In this document: positions 46,501-56,612 of the stretch, piece after piece
Layout of the letters: each line of letters starts with the position of its first letter
Position numbering within the stretch: the stretch's first letter is position 1
From: Selaginella moellendorffii
Lineage: Eukaryota; Plantae; Lycopodiophyta
DNA: 64,000 nucleotides
Reading direction: 5' to 3'
NCBI RefSeq assembly: GCF_000143415.4
Contig: NW_003314272.1
Coordinates: 2,133,728-2,197,727, forward strand
Position numbers and translations under genes: made by a program
The notes under the pieces: generated by a model
What the model was told of the DNA's origin: nothing
Database searches by the model: none
The model's input: the letters and a program-made list of their open reading frames with translations, nothing else

Positions 46501-48639
46501 TGAATATTCAAACATGAGGACTGAAAAGCGCACTGGTGGCGCGTCGAAGAAGGACAAACAGACAAGCAATAGGAAAAAAGGAGGTACAAATTATATTTGC
46601 AATGGCGTGTGGTCTCATGCCATTCCTTGCAGGAGACACTTCTTCAAAGGCAAAACAGGCAAGCACTAGCCAAGCTCAAACTGACAGTGGTCATAAAAAG
46701 CGAAAGCACGTTGGACAGTTGTCGGGATCAGAGGCGTTTGATTCGAAAAGGAAGAAGGGCAACGAAAAGATGATAGGTAATGCCTCGCGGTTATGGCGTG
46801 TGTGCTCATGCCATTCATCGCAGATCAAGGGCTGAGTGAAAGCAGCCAGTCACCACCTCCTGACTCAGATTCCTATGGCGGACTCCCCTTCCCCAATCTC
46901 AATGGAGAGGTACAATGGATGAGGGATGCTTTTCAAGTCAGGGCCACGTTTTTCTCATCTCGTCGTCTTCGAAGGGTGCAAGAACGTGCAGAAACCATGT
47001 TAAGACAGTCGGGTGAGGATACGGTCCTAGGTCACGCACTAAAACAGGCTATGGATGTCTTGTATTTTGAGATGGAGACTCGGCCAGATGATTTTCCCAA
47101 GATGGTCCTAGAAGAACAAGCCATCCAGCCTGAGCAGCCTATGGAAGAAATGCAAGAGGGGGATGAGGAGCCAGAGAAAGATAATGAGCAGGAAGAGCAG
47201 AAGGACTATGGATCCGCCAGTGGACTCTACTTGCCTGCAAGAGTCATCAGAGCTGGTGGAGGCTACTATCCATATCAACGCCAAGCAAGCTGACCACGCT
47301 CCACTTGATGCTGCCCATACCACTGAGTCAATCTTGTCCACGTATCCAACTGACGGTGACCAGGCGCCATTGGACCTGCATGAGGCCGCCCCAGACGCCG
47401 AGCCGGTCATATCCTCATTTCCAACGAACTCAACGTGTGCCCAATCGTCTGACTATGCGCCGTTGGAACCTCCCTACACCGCCCCTACTGCCTATTCGGT
47501 CATGTCCACTTTGCCAACGGAGGCACCAGCTGAAATGGTGTGTGATCACATGCCATCGGAACCACCCCATGCCACTATTGAGCCAGTTGTACCAGAGTCT
47601 ACAGCTGAAATGGCATGTGCCCACACGCCATCGGATGCGATTGACCCCACATTGCAGAGGAGAGTATTTCTGCCCTTCACATTTCCTCGACCAAAACCCT
47701 CTCAACGACCATCAGGAGCACCATTCGCTAATATTGTAGATGGTAAAATTGACTTGTACCATTTTTTATGCTGACGCATTTCATTTCAGAGTCACGGCGA
47801 AGGTATTGTATCGTTTTTGATCTGAACGGTGTCTTTTTCTCCCATGAGCGTGGCTCGTCCTCGAATGTCACCGCACCCTCCAAAGCCTGCGGTCGCAAGT
47901 TGGTCAAAAGAGACAGATTCACATTAATCACACGGGAGAAACTGTGGGATCTAATAATGACCATGCGACACTTAAAACAGAGGGTCGGGTTCAATTTGCA
48001 ATTGGGAGTTTGGACATCCATGATGCGCCACAATGCATTAACGTTGCTACAGATGATGCACGATCAGACGCGAGTAATATTACCATTTGACTTTCTCCTA
48101 ACGCAAGAGGAATTCTTGACTGGGGTAGCAAGCCCATCTTCGTCAAGCCAGAGGCTGTAGTGATGAACCGGACTGCTAGGTCAAGTGAACTCCTCATCAT
48201 CGATGACTCGCCGATTAAAACTGCAGCGAACACGCACACATATGCAATGCACCCCATCTCTTGCAGTATAGAAACTAGGGAGAAGAAACCGTATGTTCTG
48301 GGGGACCTTGCAAAACGGCTTGGAGTGATGGTGATAGAGAATCGGCCAGTCCAGGAGGTGGCTGCAGAAATCAACCAAATGGCAGATGGAACGGTATATC
48401 AGAAGCCATTTGATCGGACAGACACCAGTCATCATTTATGGCATGCATATTGTCTAGCCAAGCACTATCAGCATCTCCATAATCTACTCAACCGGATGGG
48501 TTCTTCGACCACTGAACATGAGCGTGGACGTATTAGAGAAGAGATGGCATTACTATTGGGTTTAAATCCTGATAGTGTGGAGAGTGATGAAATTCCAAGA
48601 TTATTGTATAGGAGTTGGAGGCAAAAAATAACAGTCTGA
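43520..48639 (+). pseudogene. Sola accessory gene: ParB-like domain + degenerate methyltransferase fold + disordered linker + FCP1-like HAD phosphatase domain
   Basis: YNHRLVSNEWVEKLKQK/MLASP...RFYAVSGQHSSLA (44472-44683); GKCVVEYNCGGLFFRAALLKGVPCVAV (~46156-46236); IVFDLNGV, VWTS, KPIFVK, LLIIDDSPIK (47810-48219). GT-AG introns at 43523-43760, 44941-44994, 46320-46368, ~46456-46493, 46585-46632, 46777-46823 and 47743-47789. Lesions at about 44047, 44520, 45820 and 48110. Confidence 0.7.
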
Positions 48640-49959
48640 GATGGCATGTATTTATTTAAAAATGTAACTTATTATGGCATGGGGTTCCATGCCATTGTAT
48701 TAATATTAAAAGACAATTCTTTGAGAGGATTTGCATTATACTAAAAGTGTTACAGCATGTTATTGGAAGTCTACGAAGTTGTTTTATTAATAAGGGGAAA
48801 GTAAAGATTGAATGGGGACTTGGGCTCCACCTAGACTCGGAGCAACTGAGCCAATATTAAAAGGATGGAAAGAAATTGGACGATGATGACAAGGAGAAGA
48901 GAGAGGTGAAGCAGTGGCAGGGGGAGAAGAAGTGATTGAGTAGACATTTCCTTGTTTAAAATAAAATGGCATGTGCCTCAATGTAGTTGAATTTTGTTAT
49001 ATTTATATACTATATAAAGGTTTGGAAACCTTACTTTACAATTGGGATAATGACAATTCCCACTTTAACGAAATAGAGCTTGATACCTTCGTCCGTAGAT
49101 ACTCCACACAAGAGGAAGGACGTACGCATGGATGCCCAATACGTACGATTTCAAATTTAGGGGTAGAAATATACCTTGCTCAAGGGTATATTATATTTTT
49201 AAGTAGCCACTAATCAATAGGAATTGAACCCATGCAATTTGCTCTAATACCAACTGTAGTGCACTTTATTTCTCTCCCCTTAAGCTAACTGGAAAAGGGG
49301 CAATTTCTTGATGAGAGAGCCCTTAGTGGCTATTTTATCCCCTAAGGTTCTAAGGATCCATGGTGACAATATATCCAAATCTCATCCCATAATCACATGC
49401 ACTACAACTGCTGAGAGTGATTGGTGATGGATCTATGAGTGTAGATAATATAGAATGGGTGTGGGGAATGTGTGAGGTATAGTAATGGTAAAGGAAGGGC
49501 CAAAAAACCTGAAACATAGACCAAGCCAAGTGAGGAACCTCTATACAAATGGCAATGCAGCTTGAGCACAAAATCCAAGGCAAAAGCCATGGTCCAGTTG
49601 AGAAACACCCTCTAAAAGTAAGAAAAGAAGCCATGAAAGTAAAGTGAAAGAAAGGTAGCAAAAGAAAAAGAAGAGAAGAAGAATGCCTCACTAGATGAAG
49701 CGTTTGAGGTGAGAGTGGTTGTGAGTGTGTGGGAGCTGTCCATCAACATTTACTAACACTTATGCTCCACCTTCAATGTGTTGTTGGACAAAGTAGGGGC
49801 TGGTCTAGTGAGGAGAGAATTTTGAAGGTGACATGAACTCCTTGAGTAAAACAAGATTGCCATCCTCAAATGGTTCACCAGACCGCTGGTGATCAATGAT
49901 TGACTTGATCTTCTGCTTGCCTTGAAGGAGATGTGTAGTCGTGGATTATCGGTGTTCTT

Positions 49960-52900
49960 CCAAGGCAAGAACCTCCAAGTCACGCATATGAATTTTGTCC
50001 TCATCGCTAAACTACATCGCTGCTGCGTGTCGAAGCAAAAGTGAGAGTGAGGGCACTTGGATCATGGAGATGGATGTCTTGAAGGACATCCAAAAGGCCC
50101 ACAACACCGTAACCAAGTGCTCCTGCCAACACCTTGGGTGATCCTCCACAAGCTTTGAGATGACTATCTTCAATATCTTGTTGCTAGACTCAGCTTGGCC
50201 ATTGCACTCAGGATAATAGCTGCTACTCTTCACGTGTTTGATTTTCAGCGGTTGGAGAAGATGCTGCATCACCTGTCCAAGGAAGCTGCTACCACGATCA
50301 GAAATCAAAACAGCAGGAACTCTGAATCAGCAAATAATGTACTTGCAAACAAACTTTGCTATAGATTATTGATCTGCCTGTCACAGAGGGATGGCCTCAA
50401 CCCATTTCATGAAATAGTCTATCGTCATAATGATGTATCACTATCCGTTTAAGCTCGATGGGTTGATAAGGCCGATGAAATCAAGTCCCCACTAGAAAAA
50501 GGGACCTTGAAAAGTGATGAGCTGGAAAGGAAGACGTGAAATATGGCTCCAAGGGTTGAATTATTGGCACTGCTCACATGCTTTTGCATAGGCCAAGTTG
50601 TCCTAGAGAATCTGAGGCCAAAAGTAGCCATGGCGCAAGAGGAGTTGTGTTGTGACTTGTCTCAAGAAATGCCCCACACAAGAGTGGAAAGCACGAAGGA
50701 GCTTAGGGACCTCATGTTCACCCACATACCGCAACAAAACTTCCTAAGAAGTCCTCCTGTAAAGGTGTCCATTGAGAAGGCAACACCCCTATACTTGGAT
50801 CTCCAATGCCTTTTGTTGCACAGGTGAGGAATCTGATGGGAACTTGCTTGAATCTAGGTACACTACAATGTCTTGTAATATTGCTGGGGCCACAAAGGAG
50901 GTAGCTTCAGCAACTAGGAACTCACTCAAATCCATCACACACTTCTGCCACATGTGAAAAGTTGGTTGGAACTCTTGGATGGTCACAATCCAAGATAAAG
51001 TACAAGGATTGTGAACAAGTCACTATAAAAGAAAGGTCAGCACATTAAAATAGATATAGAAATGGTTACAAGCTCTAGCGAGAAAGTGACAAAATCGCTC
51101 TAAGGTGTAAACAATAGCCATTGCTTCTTTTTCTACATCCACGTACTTCTTTAACAAATGTGAGGCATAATATGTTGCATGTGGTGGCTTTCTGGTCTGT
51201 GAACATTGGCAAAGGCATACACCAAAAGCCTTTGTGCCTGTTGTGATGTAAATTTCGAAAGGAAGTTGTCGTTTTGGTGGCTAGAGTACTAGGGCCATGT
51301 GAAGTGACTGCTTTAGTGATTCAAAGGCTTGTTGCTAGCACTCACCCCAGAAAAATGGAACTTTGTGTTGTAGTAGAGCTATCAGAGGCCATGAATGTGC
51401 AGCATAGTTGTGGAGGAAACAATGAAAGAAACCCATTTGCCCGAGGAAGCTGCGAAGCTGCTTCAAGTTGGTTGGCAGGTGCTGATCCATAATCTCTTGA
51501 GCCTTGGCTATCTGGGGCTTGATCCCATCCTATGAGACATCAAAGCCTAGCAACCGGCCTTCATTCACCCCAAACTTACACTTTTCCGTGTCGGCAACGA
51601 GTGAAGATCTGCTCCAAGTGTATAAGGTGGCCCTCGAAAAAATTAGAGGTCGTGCACAAATCATCCATATACACCCTCAAGGTGCCTCTGATCAAGTCGT
51701 CAAAGGCATGGGTCATAAAGCTCTAAAAAGTAGCTCTAGTGTTATATAAGCCAAATGGTAGGATGTTGAAAGTGAAGACACAGTAAGGTGTCTAGAAGGC
51801 CATAAGATCTCAATGATTAGCATGAATGAAGATCTGGTTGTACCTTGAAAAACCATCCATGAAAGAGTAGTAATGGTGTTTGGCCATCTCATCCACAATC
51901 GCATTGATAAATGGAGTCGGAAAGTGATCCTTTGCAATTGCCTTGTTCAAGTCTTAAAAGTCAATGCAAAGATGAAGTTTTCCATTTGCTTTACATGCAG
52001 GGATGAGGTTGGCCACCCACTCTGAGTTCTCCAAAGGGTAAATAAAGCCGGCTGCCAGAAGTCGCTCGATTTCCAACTTCATCTCTGAGTGAGCTACTAG
52101 GCTGAAATGCCACATCTTTTGATAGACTAGTTTGGCTGACTTTGAAAGCATGATGTTGTGCATGATTGTGTCCATGGGAACTCCTAGAAGCTGGCTGTAG
52201 TCCCAAGCAAACACATCCTTGAAACAGTGAAGGAGATCCAAGAGCTTTGCTGCATTTGTTGAAGCAAGCAATGTGGCGATAAAGACCAGGTCTTTTTCAT
52301 CACTTAGGAAAACACCATGAACCTTGGAGTCTGCAGAAACCTTGGGCTCAGGGGGCTCATCTATCTTAGATTCCTCCTCAACCTTGGAAATAAAAGAGCT
52401 AGGAGTGTCCTTTGCCTCTCACGATGTGATAACCTATCTACCCAAAAGTTTTCTTCACGAGGGACACTTTAAAAAGTCACCCACGAGAACTCATCCTGCA
52501 AGTTGACTGCACGCTGCCATAGCTCTTTCAGATTCTCTTTGTGGACTTGGTATTCTCCAGTAAGTTGGCATATGATGAGTGGCACATCTCCAATGAAAGT
52601 GGCTTGCCTAAACTTGAGATCTGTGGCCAACTTCATGGTACTGATAGTTGCCAAGTACTCTGCTTCATTAGCTGATGTTGCTGGCAAAGTGATAGAGAGG
52701 TTGGCTACTTTGTTCTCAGAAAAATCAATCATCCAAACTCCAATGCCAACAACTTGGTTTTTGGGGCAGAAAGCACCATCGAAATAAATTGTAATCATAG
52801 GAGTGTCCTCTTCCTCAAATAAAGATGCTAGGGACACCACATCCGGCAAGACCGTCTCTAGCAAGTTAGGCAAGTGCATGCAGCATGTCCGATTGGCTTG

Positions 52901-53905
52901 ATTCTTTCTGCCAATTGTGTGTCTGGATGTCATCTTCATCTCAAAGAAATAGCATGACAAAACACGCTTGGAGTCGTCAGATACAGTGGTTTTAGTGGGA
53001 AGATGCTAGCTATATGACACCTTAGATAGTTGCTGAAGAGAATTGAGTTCAGCTGCATCCTGTGAAAGATGGACCCGGTCTAAAGTGACTGTATTATCAA
53101 GCTCCATGAGAGAGAGCTGGTCCCATGTGAGAAATGAATCAAGAAGCCCTTCCTCAATTGGGAAACACTCCGAAAAGCTAAATATGGAAGCTCGTACCCT
53201 ATAAGCCCCGCCAGCAAATAAAGAGGGCATGGCTAGAGGTTCAACCTTACTCTCAAATAAAGAGAGTGAGGCTGAGAGATGTCCCAAACTGTCTGACTCA
53301 ACTCCAACAATGTCAATCACATGGCATGAGAAAGCATTTATCATAAAGATCTATGAGCTCAAGAGGAAAGTGTGGTGTGGAGACCGTCTTAGCCTAAGCC
53401 TTCTGGGTGTGCTGAGAAAAAGCTTTGCCATGGTTGTTGAGAAAGGTGGTGCTATGGGTTCCATTGCTAATTTCCATCTTGCCTTTTGCACTGCTGATGG
53501 TGCAATGAGCTGTACCTTGCCATGAGCGGCTAGGGATGATATAATCTTTCAAAGAGGATGTTCCAAGATGCTGGTAGTCAACTACGAGGAAATCTACCTC
53601 AAAAATGACACCCTACACTAAAACTTTGACACCACAATAGATGCCCGCGGGAGGAATAATGTGGTTGGTGAAGGTTTTGAGCAGCTCTTAGTGATCTGTA
53701 GCTGTGCTGAAAGGGTGACTTCAAGAGAGATAATTTTGCTCCCAGAACCAAAGTCAACCAAAGCATCCATGTTGCAAGAGGAAATACTAATTTGCACTGG
53801 GACGAAAAATGGACCAGGATCTCTACCATATTTTGTCATGTCGACAATGTGCACCTCTTGAGGATCACCTTGTTTTGGAAGAGAGTGTGGAACTCCATCA
53901 AGCAC
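49960..53905 (-). pseudogene. Tat-like Ty3/gypsy pol in the order protease - archaeal-type RNase H - RT - RNase H - integrase
   Basis: DALVDFGSG (~53740-53770); IYFDGA...TSANEAEYLA...FIGD (52469-52800); FKDVFAWDY, WVANLIP, LCIDF (51954-52271); ISDRGSSF, SSYYPECNGQAESSNK (50012-50308). Confidence 0.85.
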
Positions 53906-54852
53906 TAAAGAGCCTCATAGCAATAGCTATGAAGAGGATGGTTGCTTTTGAGAAACAAATATTGGGATCAAAGCGTAAAATGATGCTTAGATATTGCTAG
54001 CAAGGAACAAAGAACTCATGCAGGAGACTCAAGTTGCTCTTAAGTATGCCTTGATTTGGGAGTACAAGCTAATTTTCTTCAGGGATTTTGGATATATGAT
54101 ACTTCTCAGCAAGTAGATTGATGAATTCTTTTGGGAGGCATGCAACAATGATCTAGTGGAGGAGTTGTTAGATGAATAAAAGGTTGAGGCCAGGAAGCCT
54201 TCATCACTCAAGAGGAAGGTAGAGACTTGTAAGCAAAAGTAGTGACACCAAGAAGTCCAAGTAAGAGGCCATCAAGACCAAGACTTATATTCAAGTGAAG
54301 TAAGAGGATGATGAGTTTGAGTCCTAGAAGAGGGATTATATCATATGAAAGGTGGTATTTCAATATCACTAAGCCCTTAGAAGGTGAAGAACAATATTGC
54401 TATGAAGCAAATGCTCATGGAGGAGGCATTTGGGGAGATTACCAAATACCTCTACCACCACTCAAAGAAGTTATGGAATGGACTGAGAATTGTTAGATAG
54501 ATTATTTCATTTCCAAATATAATGGTACAATTATATATAGGGCTGAAAAAGTAGAATGAGGCTTCCTTCAACATCAAGAATGCAAGGGATGTAATGAATA
54601 GGCAACAAAGGTAATGTGTAGGATGTGAATCTAGGGTGGCAATAGGGTGACATATGTGATATCTAGGTGGCACAGAGGATCTTTCCTAGTGATGCTCAAA
54701 GGGGGATTTGCTATTGGGCATCTATGGCTAGAATGTTGAACCAAGGCTACTGCCTAACAAGGCTCAGGTGACAAGCAAGAGCCTAATAAGCCTCAAGTGA
54801 AAGGCAATTGCATATCAAGGCTCATGCAATAGGCAAAAGGATAATGGGATAG

Positions 54853-56612
54853 TGTAAGCGACTAAATTTTCCATTCTACTTTAGTCACTTAACCACACCT
54901 CCAACCACTTGGAGGAGTCTCATTCACAACCTCCATCAGTCCAATTCGGGACTTGGGACTTGCTAGCCCCAAGAATGGCATCCATGCCACTTAACACTTG
55001 CACCTGGTCCAAGTGCTCCTCGTGTCCGGTCCCAAGACCGACACCCAAAGGTACCACTGACATCTTGGCCCGTTACGCTAAGGCCATGCCCATTCACCTT
55101 TGCTGCACTAGTGGTCCAATACCACTTGTATCACAATCCCGTCTCTCCAAGACTGGGCCATCTGTCCACGAGCGGTCATCCTAGATCCACTCCTTAGCAT
55201 CCTTAGGATGCCCACAGACCTAGGGAATTGCCTTCTCCAAAGTCCCTTTGTCAGTTCCTACCAAGTCCCTTTCTGCCCCTGGCCGTGTTTGCCAACACTG
55301 CCACTGGATCGAGGCCCACAGGCCCAACCCCTAAGTCCCATGGTCCTCTGGGACTTCCTCACCACACGACTGTGTCCTTGGTCACTACCCCAGAGGACTG
55401 CTCCTCTTCCTTTCCACAGTCTAGGCCTTTGGGACAACATTTCGGAACACCGTGGCCTTACGCGAGCCACCTGGGTACTCTCCCCGCCTTTCACCTTTAG
55501 GTGCTCTAGCCATGGGCTTAGAGCGAGGTTTTGTTGAGCCACGCCTGGTATCCAAGTAGGTAGTGCCACCCACACTTGGACTGGGAGCATCGGCCAGTCG
55601 ATCTCCCGGGGGAACTAGAGCCGGCTCTTGAACACTTCACCAAGCTACCCCGCTTGTCGGTCCGTATTCACTCTAGTCTTGGACTTCCCAGTGGTCAGTT
55701 CATCACCCAACACTGGGTCTGGCCTTCCTGGGCCAAACTGGCCTTTCCTGGCCAAACTGGCTCCACTGCAGTCCTCCCCCCTACTATACTTTTGGAGCTC
55801 ACCAAACCCCCTAGGGTTTGGGAGACGAACGCTTTGGGCTTTCACCCTCTCAGACTCGGACTCGGACTCGGACTCGGACTCGGACTCAGACTCGGACTCG
55901 GACTCGGACTCGGACTCAGACTCGGACTCGGACTCGGACTCGGACTCGGACTCAAACTCGGACTCGGACTCGGGCTCGGGCTCGGTCTCAGCCTTGGCCT
56001 CGGTCTCGGTCTCGGTCCCGGTCCCGGTCTCGGTCTCGGCCCCGGTCTCGGTCTCGGTCTCGGTCCCGGTCTCGGTCTTGACCTCGGACTCCATCTCGGG
56101 TCCTTCTCGGACTCCATCTCGGACTCCATCTCGGACTCCATCTCGGACTCCATCTCGGACTCTGTCTCGGTCCATCTCGGACTCCATCTCAGGTCCATCT
56201 CGGACTCCGTCTCGGTCCACCTCGGACTCCACTTCGGGTCCATCTCGGACTCCATATCAGACTCCATCTCGGACTCCACTTCGGGTCCATCTCGGACTCC
56301 ATATCGGACTCCATCTCGAACTCCACTTCGAACTCCATATCGGACTCCAACTAGGGTCCGCCTCGGACTCCATCTCAGACACTTCCATGTGTCATGTGTT
56401 GGTCCTTTTTGGGTCCCTTTTTGGAGCCTTGCTTATTGCTCACTTCATGCTTGTTCCTCGAGCACTTTGTTGGGAGTTCCACTCCCGCTCTCAACCTTCC
56501 CAATCGAAGCTTTTAGTCCAAACGTGTTATGCTCGTTTGGCTTTCGCTTCAGCCACTACCACATGGCACCCTTCTGGCTCCACTTTGGGGCCTAGGGATT
56601 TTGTGTCTCACA
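54853..56612 (-). mobile_element. LTR family L1 (3' LTR of a minus-strand element)
   Basis: Very similar to solo LTR 14572-16378. No TSD (GATAG vs ACTTC). Followed on + by the internal region also seen at 20573-22710. Confidence 0.9.

Larger units (their letters stand above)
36568..48987. repeat. Dispersed 22-bp imperfect palindrome ATGGCRTG-N6-CAYGCCAT (~25 copies)
   Basis: Copies start at about 36568, 36884, 36973, 37573, 37733, 37879, 39330, 39387, 40990, 41060, 41096, 41266, 41364, 42081, 43548, 43625, 43685, 44962, 46461, 46602, 46793, 47535, 47610, 48674 and 48966. Confidence 0.9.
36342..49081. mobile_element. Sola-like (probably Sola1) DNA transposon, 12.7 kb, with two divergent genes
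   Basis: TIR ATGCTCTATTTCGTTAAAGTGGGA / TCCCACTTTAACGAAATAGAGCTT with 4-bp TSD GATA. The empty site GGTGGATACCTTC is present in TRIM copy 3 at about 60598. Confidence 0.9.
36000..49406 (-). mobile_element. TRIM copy 2, split by the Sola-like element
   Basis: LTRs at 36000-36160 and 49255-49406, 5-bp TSD ACTGC. The internal part is continuous across the GATA TSD. Confidence 0.92.

Noticed and set aside
36568-48987. The 22-bp palindromes as a CRISPR array
   Set aside because: Spacing is irregular (tens to thousands of bp), copies are degenerate, there are no cas genes, and the context is eukaryotic.
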